Part shown: positions 27,070-39,872 of the stretch, piece by piece
How the letters are laid out: each line of letters starts with the position of its first letter
Position numbering within the stretch: the stretch's first letter is position 1
NCBI GenBank assembly: GCA_951406725.2
Contig: OX597821.1
Coordinates: forward strand, 29,326,001-29,390,000
Length of the DNA stretch: 64,000 nt
Source of the DNA: Octopus vulgaris
Taxonomy: Eukaryota
Direction: 5' to 3'
Notes under the pieces: model-generated
Told to the model about the DNA's origin: nothing
Databases searched by the model: none
What the model saw: the letters and a program-made list of their open reading frames with translations, nothing else
Program-made: the position numbers and the translations under genes

Positions 27070-27381
27070 AGCAGAACTGTTGGTTATGACGATGAGGCTC
27101 CCAGCTGATATGAGCAATGGAACAACTTGCTCATGAAATCAATATGCAAGTGGCTGAGCACTCCACAGACATGTGCACTCTTAACATAGTTCTCAGGGAG
27201 ATTTCGTGTGACACAGAGGGTGACATGGTTGGCCCTCTGAAATACAGGTACTACTCATTCTGCCATTTAGTGCACTGGAGCAACATGAAATAAAGTATCT
27301 TGCTCAAGGACACAACATGTCACCATGAATTGAGCTTACAACCTTACGATTGTGAGCCGGATGCCCTGACCACTAAGCCAT
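27070..27381 (-). mobile_element. tRNA-derived SINE, family F, with the shared central domain
   Basis: Minus-strand head TGGCTTAGTGGTCAGGGCATCCGGCTCACAATCGTAAGG, then CCTTGAGCAAGATACTTTATTTCATGTTGCTCCAGTGCAC. Confidence 0.7.
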
Positions 27382-27405
27382 GTATGTATATATACACACA
27401 CACAC

Positions 27406-27471
<66 letters not shown>

Positions 27472-27472
27472 T

Positions 27473-27883
27473 CTTTCTTTTACTTGTTTCAGTCATTTTG
27501 ACTGCGGCCATGCTGGAGCACCGCCTTTAGTCGAGCAACTCGACCCCGGGATTTATTCTTTGTAAGCCCAGTACTTAATCTATCGGTCTCTTTTGCCGAA
27601 CCGCTAAGTTACGGGGACGTAAACACACCAGCATCGGTTGTCAAGCAATGCTAGGGGGACAAACACAGCAGACACACAAACACACACATACATACATACA
27701 TATATATATATACATATATACGACAGGCTTCTTTCAGTTTCCATCTACCAAATCCACTCACAAGGCATTGGTCGGCCCGGGGCTATAGTAGAAGACACTT
27801 GCCCAAGATGCCACGCAGTGGGACTGAACCCAGGACCATGTGGTTGGTTAGCAAGCTACTTACCACACAGCCACTCCTACGCC
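27473..27883 (-). mobile_element. tRNA-derived SINE, family A, full length
   Basis: Head GGCGTAGGAGTGGCTGTGTGGTAAG (A box) and GGTTCAGTCCC (B box), internal (TA)/(TG) tract, tail ...GACTGAAACAAGTAAAAGA. Many near-identical copies occur in the window. Confidence 0.92.
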
Positions 27884-27899
27884 TATATAAATAAATAAA

Positions 27900-28092
27900 T
27901 AAAAAATATGAATTTGAGATAAAACCACTATTAGGCAACTCAGTGATAGACATAAACCAATACATATATAACAAATAATACAAATATAATTAATATAATA
28001 TATAAATTTTTCCCCTAAAAGTATAAAAAGAATGATAAATATAATATAATAAGTTGCCTAATAGTGGTTTTTATCTCTATTTCATATTTTAT
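27900..28092. repeat. Inverted repeat, ~40-bp arms with an AT-rich spacer
   Basis: AAATATGAATTTGAGATAAAACCACTATTAGGCAACT (~27904-27940) versus AGTTGCCTAATAGTGGTTTTTATCTCTATTTCATATTT (~28052-28089). Confidence 0.85.
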
Positions 28093-28165
28093 ATATTTAT
28101 ACTGTGAAATTTGATTTAATACTAAATCTAATTTTTCCCTGTAAGTTTGGAGCCATACTCCCTAA

Positions 28166-28196
<31 letters not shown>

Positions 28197-28200
28197 TAGA

Positions 28201-29045
28201 TACAGAGTGCAGTGAATAAATTGTCGTCTAAATTATGCAAAAATGAAAATAACACTGACATCTCATTTTTGACATGTATATTTACCAAAATTATATAAAA
28301 ATATCTGGAAATACTGAAGAGTAAATTTATTAAATAGAATCGCCATTGGCTTCAACCACGGCCTTCTGACAACTTCGGAATCTCCTGCAACTCTTCTGGG
28401 TGGTCTCCTTGCCTTTAGTTCCTATTTGCTGTTAAAGGAGTTTTGTTGGTTTGTCACTCAACTGCACCCCGCACATAATAATCATGTGAGTTGTAGTGTG
28501 AGGAGCTAAGTGGCCAGATGTTAGGGGTGATGTGGTCGCAGAAATTGTCTGACAGCCATAACTGGATTCTACTGCTTGTGTAGCATGGTACAAAGTTCTG
28601 TTGCCAGACATAGGGTCTTCCAGTAATCACCCTCTTGAACCAGGGCAGCACTACCTTTTCAAGGCACTTGATGTAGGCCTCTGTTTTGAGTTTGAGGCTG
28701 TGTAGGCTATGAATGAAGTCATAATGTCATCATCACTAATGATCAATCCAATCATCATAATGTCGACTAGATGATTGATTTTTATCACCCTCGGTACATG
28801 TTTCGGGGACAAACACTCAGACTGACACCCAAACACTTTGAAATGTTCACATTGAAGCTTCTAGCACGAATGCCAATCTGTACAGCATGTCATTTCCAAA
28901 TTTCTGGCAGTATGAATTGCATCATAGCGCTGTTTTTCTCACAGATGGTGCCCAATTGAGTCTACTGCGTAGTCAACAAAAAGAAAAACAATATGCATGC
29001 TCAAAATTAAAAACATAAGATGACGACAATTTACTCTGCATATAT
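28201..29045 (-). mobile_element. Decayed Tc1/mariner-superfamily transposon (maT/DD37D-like)
   Basis: LPWFKRVITGRPYVWQQNFVPCYTS...WLSDNFCDHITPNIWPLSSSHYNSHDYYVRGAVE is a degenerate form of QQDSAPCH...WPPNSPDCNPLDY, with C-terminal AVVEANGD. TIR-like ends TGCAGTGAATAAATTGTCGTC and GACGACAATTTACTCTGCA lie in TA context. Confidence 0.85.
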
Positions 29046-31059
29046 ATGAAACACAGGTTCTCACATGCACATAAGGTTCAATCTTATATGGCAGCATAGG
29101 ATCCACTGTGTTAACCTTAGTATCTGACTTTTGTATTGAATGAAAAACAGTTCGCCTCCTTGATATGCAATAAACTATAAAAAGTAAATCTTCTCTGTGA
29201 GAAACTGAACTCAACAAAGCAAAGAGCTAACCAACTTTACAGCTTAACAGATTCAGCCTGTACCAATGTATCGTCTCTGCATACAATCAGGTGGGCAGGG
29301 CTTTTGAGTGCCCTACACATTTTAGCCATATGAAATTAGGGGTGGTGACAGGATACGAAGTAGCAATGTCAAGATTGGTTACCCATTTAGTACTCACTTT
29401 AATTAGGCATCTAGGACTTCTTGACTGTTGCATATAATTTTTCATGCCAGTGTGAAAGTAATGATTTTTATGGAAATAAATAGCTATTTTTACAGCTGGT
29501 TAGCAACCATCCTATTTTAGGCATATAAACCGAGACAGGACATGTGTGCTTAACTGGAGAGAGATTTATCAAAAGGCAAAAAAAAGAAGAAAAAGAGAGA
29601 ATATCAATCTGAACTTTTCAGTTCAGTTCTGTATCTCCATGCCGCTTTGCCTAAAGAGACAAAATTCAGAATACTAACATAGAAAACAAAAAAGAGAAAG
29701 CTTAATGACAACAAAATAGCAACAACAATGATAATGAAGACAATTACAACATCAAGAGTAACAACAGCAGCAGTAATTATTTCTCTCTAATTAAGATTAA
29801 TAACTTAACTGGAACAAATTCTTCAATGGAAATGATTCAAAGTCTATGACTTCGAGAATGCCATGGACATTGCATATTTTATATATTCTTATGTGATTTG
29901 TTTTTTGGTTTTTTTTCCCACATTTCCTAAGTTTCCCACTACCGCCACCTCGGCTGGCAATTTGTTTTATAATTTTTTAATATTTTTTTTATTTATTTGT
30001 CTATTTTTTTTGTCGATTGTCTAATTGGTGATTGCACAAAGGTGAAGAAGCAGAGGATAATAATTAATTAACTCCACCAATCAATATAATGCTCCAGAAT
30101 TATTTCCAGACGTATTGAATTAGAGAAAAATGATATTTCTAACAAAATCAAATGGTCAGCACAAATTTGTATTTAAAAAAAAAAAGCAAAACAAATAAGA
30201 CAACAACAGTTAAAAAAAAAGAAAGCTAAAACAGATTCAGTTTCAAAAGCCTATTTGATCAGACCAATGAGAGTTTTAATTGTCTGGGGAAAATCATTAC
30301 AAATGAAAAGGTTCAAATTTGCCTCCTCTCTATCATTATAGCAAATGGCAAGGTGCATTCTATCAAAGTGATTGAACACAGGAGCCCTAGTTCTGACAAT
30401 GCAGTCTTGTTATGCACAGAAGAAATGTTTGGGGTCTATTCTTGCAGTGGGCATGTTGCTTGCAATTCCTATACAAAATGCCTCTTCTATATTGCTATTT
30501 TGCTCCCGTCTAATCTAGTTTTCTTTACCACTAGCTCTTTGCAAAAAAAAACTATCAATTCTGATCTAATTGCTCTCTTCAGGGTACACAACCACTGGTC
30601 ACCAAAACTGATCCCCACTATTGCTGCTAAACTAGTTTGCAAATCTGGTCTCTGCAGTCTCTGCCTGCCAGCAAAGGCAGGTTCAACTTCCAGTAACTAA
30701 TTTGTGGCTAGCGTAATTAACCAGTTTGAACTTTGTAACAACCTACATTATCGCTATCCACTGGCTCAACAAGAATTCCAAATAGAATTAAAAGAATCAA
30801 TAAAAATATGAATTTATAATAGCAGTCTAACTATAAATAAGTACTATAGGGAAGCTCAGTTTGCCCATGAAGCAAGAGCACTGTTTAAACTACAAACTAG
30901 TCATGGGAAAACTGTGACCCATAAGACATTCAGAATGGCATACCAATGAAAAATTACCTTAAATGTTTTTAGTAGTACACTCCACCTGATGAGTCATGTC
31001 TCATACAGTCTGCTCCTTGGAAGAGGTTGCCCATGCCTGCAACAAACTATAAATTAACA

Positions 31060-31454
31060 AGGAGGGGTGGCTGTGTGGTAAGTAGCTTGTTTACCAACCA
31101 CATGGTTCTGGGTTCAGTCCCACTGTGTGGCACCTTGGGCAAGTATCTTCTACTATTGCCTCAGGCCGACCAAAGCCTTGTGAGTGGATTTGGTAGACGC
31201 AAATTGAAAAGAAGTCCATCGTATATATATATATGCATGTGTGTGTTTGTGTGTCTGTGTTTGTCCCCCTAGCATTGCTTGACAACCGATGCTGGTGTGT
31301 TTATGTCCCCGTTACTTAGCGGTTCGGCAAAAGAGACCGATAGAATAAGTACTGGGCTTACAAAAGAATAAGTCCCGGGGTCGAGTTGCTCGATTAAAGG
31401 TGGTGCTCCAGCATGGCCGCAGTCAAATGACTGAAACAAGTAAAAGAGTAAGTA
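31060..31454 (+). mobile_element. Family A SINE, near full length
   Basis: Colinear with the other family A copies; short internal (TA)n. Confidence 0.92.
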
Positions 31455-32811
31455 CTCTGCTAATTTTGTTGTTCTCAGATTGGCACTATCTATGGACAAA
31501 GCAATACCAAACACATTAAAAAGGATATGCTTTGCTAAAAGATTTATCGCCTGTGGTGTAGCTGGCTGAAGTGAGTCTTCATAAAATGCTATCTCAACCA
31601 GTTGTCAACCATTTTCCTCTTTTTTTACCATATATAGTGAAAGTGCCTACAAAATGTTATGAAACTCAGTTGAAATACTGGTGAAGTAAGTATAAAGATA
31701 TATTTTCCTGAAAGTTTTTGAAATGTAATTAACCAGGGATTCTACATATAGAAATATATGATTTGGAAGTTCAGCCATTGAAAAACACTTCTTCACCTAG
31801 ACTGCCAGTGACAAGCAACAAACACAACTAACATTGCAACTTGTCAGTTCAGATAAGTCTGTGTAATAATATAAACTCTTCCACCCATGAAATGGAGAAA
31901 ACAGTCGACAGCTGAAGCATGACATTATGGCAGTAACATTTGGCATTGCAACACAAAACAAAACTTGTTGCTGCTGTTGTTGTTATTATCGTGACTGTCT
32001 TGTTTAGCCTCAGGTTAATCCAAATTAAGCACACCTATGATCAAAAGGCATTCCAACTTTGACCATCCTGACAGTTCCCCCCACACCAAAAAAAAAGTGA
32101 AACTGCAATCCAGAACCAAATTCTTGAATATGTGCTTCACTTTAGGAGGTTCGAGGGAGATTTTGTTGTTATATCTAGGAGGTCCACTGACCACAAAGAA
32201 ACAAAAGATGGTTGGCTGGGCTAATCATTTATAAACTGAAACTAATTTGTAATAATGATAATAACAATAATAATGTTTCCTTTAGTAACCGCATGGGTTG
32301 ACAACTATACAATGATTATAATTCCAAACAAAAGTAATTTTTTTCTTTTCTGTAATATGAACTTCATTAACGATGTGAATGTGCAGAACCATTACAGCAT
32401 CCGATGGACTGCTTTTCGGTATTTGTTTTGATGCTCAGCACTTTGAGTTCAAATCCAGCCAAGTACAGTTCAAAGCAAGTAGTAGATAAGTGGAATGGTT
32501 ACAGAGTCCGACAAAATGTCTAGCAATATTTGCTCTGATCAATTAGCATTCTGAATTTAAATACCGTGTAAGTTCTGATGATCAGGACTAACCACCAGAC
32601 CACAAGAGCATCCCATTCCAGCCTTGGCAAGTGTTGACAGGTAAACCTACAACCAGCGCAAGCTGGCAACAGCGATGATGGGGCTCTCATCAAATAGGGA
32701 AAAAAAGCAAGCAGCCTTTGGTAACAAGTATGCTTGATGAAGGTTGATGGTGAACGAAGGGAGCCAGCAAGTAAGCAACAACAAATCTTAGGCAAAGATA
32801 TATATATATAC

Positions 32812-32872
<61 letters not shown>

Positions 32873-34255
32873 CATCATCATCATTTAATGTCTGTTGTCG
32901 ATGCTGGTATGATTTGACCAAAATTGGCAGGCTGAGTAGCTACACCAGACTCCAGTCTAATTTGGCATGGCTTCTGCTGGATGCTTTTATATGGCACTGT
33001 ATGGGGTTTTTGACATGGTACCACACAGGTGCTTTTACAATGCACTGTCACAAGAGCTTTTCATCACCAGAGGGACTGGTCATAACACTTCTGCTGTGGA
33101 GTGCAGGTCTTCTTGAGTACAGCAATGTGCAAACCCAAGCAGTTTTATTTTTTTTATTTGCATCATCATCTTCAAATCTATTCACCTGCATTCCCCTTAC
33201 AGCCACTCTTTACTACACAGACTTGGTCCTCAGTAAAGATTTTGGTGTTTAAGTTAAAACATTTGAGCACATGTTTTCTATATTGAGCATCTCCGGATTT
33301 GTTGGCTTTCTCTCTCTCTTCCTCTCTCCCACTATACTCTCACGCACACACACACACCTAGACATACATACACTAAATCTGCTGCGTAAATGCTTACAGG
33401 AAGCCAGTTGTGATGGTAGTAGCAGTGATAGTGAACAAAGTCAGGTAAATTAAAAAGAACAATTAAAAAAAACAAAAAAACTAAAAAAACTATTCCAATA
33501 CCAAACCATTGGTATTGGGGCCAAAAGTGTGGGGTTAAGGGGATGGACAATCACATTCATCTAAAATATTCTCTGTAAAACCAGATCTTCAGACCTCAAC
33601 TTCTCAGCCAATTACAATCTCCCATCTCTCTCTCTCTCTCTCTCCTCTGAATTCTATACTTCAGCTTCCTTCTTATCCTTGTTCTCTCCAGCTCACTTCC
33701 ATCTCTCTCTCTCTTCTCATTTCCTCACACACTTTCTCTCTCTTTAGCATTGCAACCTCTTCCCTCCATCTCTGTCTCCAATCAACATCCCCCCCTCTTT
33801 CTCTTTATCCTTCTCTTCCTCTCATTCCTTCTTGACTTTTCATTTTTCATCTCACCTAAGCATTGCTCTTTTTCATCAACACACTCTCTCTCTCCTACTT
33901 CGGCAGTAAAATTTCAAGAAATATCTCAAAAGAATATATATATATAAAAAAAAAAAATCAAAATAATTGACAGTATGTATTGTTTGTAATTTGGGAATTC
34001 AAACACAGCACCACCCAGCATCTGTTCACATCCAAATCCTGTCTCTCTGTTTGCTGCTAATATATAACATAACTCACAGTTAAAGCCACACTAAATCTGT
34101 GTTTCAGCTGACTGTGAGTGATTGGTGACTGGGGGTACTTGGTGCACCATCACCACCATCATCATCACCACCACAAGACAAAGTGCCTGAAAAATGTACT
34201 GTAGATGTACAAATTTAATATATTATAGCACTAGAAGAATTCTAATACAACAACA

Positions 34256-34297
<42 letters not shown>

Positions 34298-34334
34298 GTT
34301 ATTATAATAATAATAATAATAATAAGTTATTATA

Positions 34335-34746
34335 GGCGCAGGAGTGGCTGTGTGGTAAGTAGCTTGTTTACCAACCCCTTTTTTCCTGGTTCAGTCCCAC
34401 TGCGTGGCACCTTGCGCAAGTGTCTTCTGCTATAGCCCCGAACCGACCAATGCCTTGTGAGTGGATTTGGTAAACGGAAACTGAAAGAAGCCTGTTGTAT
34501 ATATGTATATATGTATGTGTGTGTGTTTGTGTGTCTGTGTTTGTCCCCCTAGCATTGCTTGACAACTGATGCTGGTTTGTTGATGTCCCCGTCACTTAGT
34601 GGTTCGGCAAAAGAGACCGATAGAATAAGTACTGGGCTTACAAAGATTAAGTACCAGGGTCGATTTGCTCGACTAAAGGCGGTGCTCCAGCATGGCCGCA
34701 GTCAAATGACTGAAACAAGTAAAAGAGTAAAGAGTAAAGAGAGTAA
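34335..34746 (+). mobile_element. Family A SINE, full length
   Basis: GGCGCAGGAGTGGCTGTGTGG head and (AAGAGT)n tail; follows an (AAT)n tract. Confidence 0.92.
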
Positions 34747-35235
34747 GTTTATTTATTTGCCACATGGGCAAAAGATGAGGGGGACAGTACAGAGACAGAT
34801 ATAAAGTGTGGGGGGTTTATATATAATAATGAAATGATGCATAGCATATACAGGTAGAAAAAAAAGAGTGGGGAGGATGATAGAGAAGTGGGCCTTGCTG
34901 ATACAGGAATGCCTCTAGGGATAATCAAGGAACCCCACTGTCCAAGATTTCCCTGAAACCCTAGGAGCCATGCCTTCTCCAATTCCTTCTCTCCGACTCA
35001 CAGGTCTACACTTAGACACAATTTACTCTTGCCATTTTTGGAACTTTCACCCATCTTTCAATAATCTCACTCAAAGACAACACTTCCCTCTCCACTCTCA
35101 ATTTCATTTTCAAGTGAAACTTGAAAAAGTCAATGAGAGCTCCTACCAAAGAGGAATGTGTCTATCCTCACTCCTTTCAGCCTTGTCCACCAAACAACCC
35201 TTTTTCACCACAGCCACCAGGCAAAGGAAAATAAT
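34747..35235 (-). mobile_element. L1/Tx1-type LINE 3' fragment, decayed
   Basis: The minus strand translates, with frameshifts, IFLCLVAVVKK/VVWWTRLKGVRIDTFLFGRS/LIDFFKFHLKMKLRVEREVLSLSEIIERWVKVPKMARVN, resembling the Tx1 ORF2 C-terminus. It ends ...GCCCATGTGGCAAATAAATAAA. Confidence 0.6.
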
Positions 35236-35471
35236 AATAATCCTTTCTACTACAGACACAAGCCCTGAAATTTGTGTGGAGTGGGTTTATCAATTACATC
35301 AACCTTAGTGTTCAGCTGGTACTGGTTGAGCACAGGGATTGATGTAATCAACTTAACCCCTCCCTCAAAATTGTTGGCCTTGTGCCAAAATTTGAAACCA
35401 ATGTTTCTCTGGGTTTAAGGTCCTATACATCTACATAGGTACTTAATACAATTACCGAAAGTATGATGCAA

Positions 35472-35559
35472 GCTACCAGGTCAGCTTAGCGATCACTCAG
35501 CTACCAGGTCGCTTAGAAATCACTCACAAATGAATACACTTGTGAGTGATCGCTAAGCG
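35472..35559. repeat. Tandem duplication plus hairpin
   Basis: GCTACCAGGTC(A)GCTTAG..ATCACTCA occurs twice, followed by TGAGTGATCGCTAAGC, the exact reverse complement of GCTTAGCGATCACTCA. Confidence 0.85.
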
Positions 35560-36476
35560 TAACTCATATGGTGGAAACCCACACACACAAATGTTATATA
35601 ATATACCATTCCTTGCTTAAAACAATAGTGTACAATATGACAGAAATTTAGTTGCTATTTTTAGCAAAACAAGAGACCACTTAAAGGACTTTTCAACGAC
35701 TCGATAGGAGACGGTTTCCAGAACCTACTTTTCTTGTAAAAGACACATTTGCAGACAAAATTCTTAGTAAAGATTTGCATATCTGCTTGTATACATGCAT
35801 ATGTGTGCTCATGAGAAAGAGAGAGAGAGAGAGAGAGAGAGAATAAGTGCAGGATTATCTGGTTATATGTGGTTTAAGCAAGAGAGATAATTTTGCATTG
35901 GTGATGTATGAACAGTGGATTCAGATGATCCACAACAACTGCCGTTTATTGGAAGTCGATTATAGTTTCTGGATTCAATATATATATTTACGTGAAAGGT
36001 TAAGTGCAAATGGGCTAAAACAACCACTGCAAATCAAAGAAAGTCTAATGTATTTAGGAGAGAGAGAGATGGCTACTACATTAGTATGCATGTGAACTGC
36101 ATATAAATAATGCATGTCAATGAGGTAAGGGCAGGTCAGCTGGTGGTAAACACGCTAATATAGCAGAGGAGTAGATGCAGTAATGATGCAACATAAGCAA
36201 AAAAGGAAAAAGAGAGCGAGAGAGAGAGAGAGATATCGTATTATATTGTCTTGTAGATGTAATGGTCAAATCTAGACACAATTGAAAATGCAACAGTATG
36301 AGTATGATGAAGCTGAATGTGGTAGTGTCGATGATGATGATGATAGCATTCCAGCTGATGATGATTGAGACCATGCTGATAATGATTGATGACAATTTTG
36401 AATTCTAAACATCGCAGCATAAATATCAAGCATGGAGTAGAACTACATATCTATTTATCTGTCTATCTCTATATAT

Positions 36477-36872
36477 TACTCTTTTACTCTTTTACTTGTT
36501 TCAGTCATTTGACTGCGGCCATGCTGGAGCACCGCCTTTAGTCGAGCAACTCGACCCCAGGACTTATTCTTTGTAAACCCAGTACTTATTCTATCGGTCT
36601 CTTTTTGCCGAACCGCTAAGTGACGGGGACATAAACACACCAGCATCGGTTGTCAAGCAATGCACAGACACACAAACATACACATACACATATATATATA
36701 TATACATATATACGACTGGCTTCTTTCAGATTCCGTCTACCAAATCCCTCACAAGGCTTTGGTCGGCCCGAGGCTATAGTAGAAGACACATGCCCAAGGT
36801 GCCACGCAGTGGGACTGAACCCGGAACCATGTGGTTGGTAGGCGAGCTACTTACCACACAGCCACTCCTGCG

Positions 36873-36874
<2 letters not shown>
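36477..36874 (-). mobile_element. Family A SINE, full length
   Basis: Colinear with family A; small internal deletion; flanked by TA runs. Confidence 0.92.
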
Positions 36875-36917
<43 letters not shown>

Positions 36918-38042
36918 TCTAGCATCAAAATTATATATAATTACATAGATATACACACAACCTTACAAGAATGTTTCTAAGTATTTATGCAAGCACTCAT
37001 ACTGATGGATCAACAGTCCATATTACAACACATGCACTCACTCACACACACACACACGTGTGCTGATACCAAGCAGTATGGATTGATATCTATTTACACA
37101 CACAGACTAAACATCCTCTCATATCTTTAATCAAGAACACAAATGTCTTAATATATAAGAAATGTAAAAATAAAACATCCAAACATAATCACATAAATAT
37201 GCCACCAGTAGCTTCTGTGCATACGCGCACACACACAGTGCCAATCTGTAATTGTGGAGGAAACTTGTGGAAGGGGTAGACCTATAAAGATGTGGGAAGA
37301 AAGAAATGGTGAGAAAGGATCTCCAGAGGGAACGACAAGAGACCAGCAGTTGTGGCAATTTGTTGTACATGAGAAGGTGTGACAAGCTAAGTAAAGTCAT
37401 GGTCATCGTTACATACATGTATGTCCTTTGCAGGTGCTGGTGCCATGTAAAATGCACTCATGTTGGTGCCATGTGAGGTGCATTTGCGCCAGTGCTGTGT
37501 AAAAGCACTGAACAGTCCTGAACAACCATTGTTGATCAGAGAACTCTAAGATATTGCTCATCTTGATTTGAAAAACAAAACTAAAAATTAACAAACACCT
37601 TTATTAATTATTTCATGTAATCAAGTCTGAAGGGAAATACATATTTTGATAAAAGGCTGGTGTAATCATAAAATTACATGCATCACAGTCTGCAAGGGCC
37701 ACATCCAGCTCATTTTTGGCAATAGAGACTTCCTCACTCACTTAAACTGTTTAGTGTTGTTACTGTTGTTGCTTAGTCGAAGGTCAACTCTAAATCAAGC
37801 AGAGCCATCATTAAAATTATTTTATCTTTGATGACCAGCCCATCACTTTAGCAATATGTAGGACTATAACATAGAATACAAGGTATTCATTTCAGTGGAA
37901 TGCAGCTATTAGTTCTATCAAATGAAATGAAAATATAGAGGATCCTTCATTTCTAAGACTGCCTAATATGCAATGTGCAGGGGGATAAAATGACCTTACT
38001 TGAGTAGCCAATGCTGGGTAAAAAGATTTATTCACAGACAAC

Positions 38043-38222
38043 TCATCATCATTGTTCGACCATGGTCGACACAATGGAATTTACCATGCTACGCCAGACT
38101 TCACGGGCAATCATAGCATTACGGAGGTCCTGTTGCTGGATGCCTGTATCCCTGGAGATTACATCAGGGAAGGAGAGTGTGCGTCCTCTGGTATCGCGAG
38201 TAGATAGCTTCCAGAGGAGAAC
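38043..38222 (-). mobile_element. RTE-type LINE 3' terminal fragment
   Basis: LLWKLSTRDTRGRTLSFPDVISRDTGIQQQDLRNAMIAREVWRSMVNSIVSTMVEQ* plus (GAT)n; same family as 11058-11205. Confidence 0.75.
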
Positions 38223-39785
38223 TAGTTATGATTAGTCATCCAGAACAGCACACACTGCAACAGTTTTAACAGATGTGATGTAATGTTCATCCTGTTCCCA
38301 AGGTTTCACACACCAGCATGAATTCATTGCAGCAGAGACCCCCTTCGTCAGCTCTCAACCACATTGCATCAGTACCTTTCGATAGCATTACTCCCTCCAG
38401 TAGTGTCAAGTACCATTAGAATGAAAAGTCCAAATTCTTTTGGATGACATTATAACACAATTTTCTGTCTTTTAATATCTATCTATTGATGGTTGAATTG
38501 GTGTATATACATATAACTATATACCTCTCTTTGCTTTCTCTCACTGCAGACATACAAACACCATACACATACAGGCTGATAATGAATTACATGCATGTGT
38601 GTGTGTATGTGTGTGTGTGCGTGTGTACACAATTTTATAATTATATTTATATTCATGAAGAAGAAAAAACACATATGCACAGAGAGTAAAAACTACTTAT
38701 TGTGATCACTTTCAGACTAAAAAACAATAAGAGACTGATAACATTAACAGAAGAGACACAACAATATTCCAAGCATGTTTGAGACCCACTAATTTTGATA
38801 ACAATAACAGTTTGATAACACTATCTATTAAGTTACTTCAACCATATACATATATAAGAGAAAGAGAGAGATATGAACACATACATCAACAGAGAGATAT
38901 ATACATACATAAACAGAAGCATCAGCGTGTACACAGAGACACACATACAAACACACACAACATAGATACAAATTAAAAAGAGCATGCGTCTCTTCAACTC
39001 ACCACAGCCTCCGTAAAACTTTCCATACATTAAACAGTCCTATCCAGCTCAGCAGTGAAACCAACAGTCTCAGTTATATAAACATCTATCTATCTATCTG
39101 TCTGTCTATGCTTATCTCTGTAAGAGCCTGTGTCACTTTTCGCCAGCTCTCTCTCTCTCACTTTCCTTATTTGATACATTAACATTCCAACACTCCCTTA
39201 AAGACAGTGCAGGACTTCTATCAAGTAACAAGGTTCCAGGGTTTTCACCACACACATATACACAACCACAGCTGTGTGTGTGTGTATGTATGTGTATATA
39301 TATATATATACAGGCAGTAAGCTTTAGACTACATTAGAAGCGACGGAAACCTTAACATGTTCCCAGTGACACATCTCAATCTGTTTAAGCTGTTGACTTT
39401 CTAAGCACTGCAGATTATTAGTTGAATATGCTGGCTAAAGTCAATAAACATTCTTTCCATGGCTTGCTGTTTCTCTCTCTGTGTACCCATCCATGTACAC
39501 AGACATGTATATGCATATAACCATACACATACATACATCTTTGCAAATATCCACACAACTATACACACACACACACAAACAGACAAACACATACACCAAA
39601 TTGAATGCATGTGTGCACATATATATATTTGTATGAATGTTCACCTGTGTAGGTGTGTGCATGTGTTTGTGTATTTGTATATAAGTATGTATGTATGTAT
39701 ACATATGCACACATTTGTGCATACATATACACACACACACATACTGAAACATATATATATAAATATATATACATATATACATATA

Positions 39786-39843
39786 TCATCATCATCATCA
39801 TCATCGTTTAACGTCCGCTTTCCATGCTAGCATGGGTTGGACG
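39786..39843 (-). mobile_element. Extremely 5'-truncated family D 3' tail
   Basis: Same sequence and essentially the same breakpoint as 22911-22964. Confidence 0.85.
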
Positions 39844-39872
39844 ATATATACATATATACACGTATATATACA

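Noticed and set aside
34098-34119. Possible 6-nt plus-strand microexon (TTTCAG|CTGACT|GTGAGT)
   Set aside because: Such a short pattern is expected by chance in 64 kb and has no other support.
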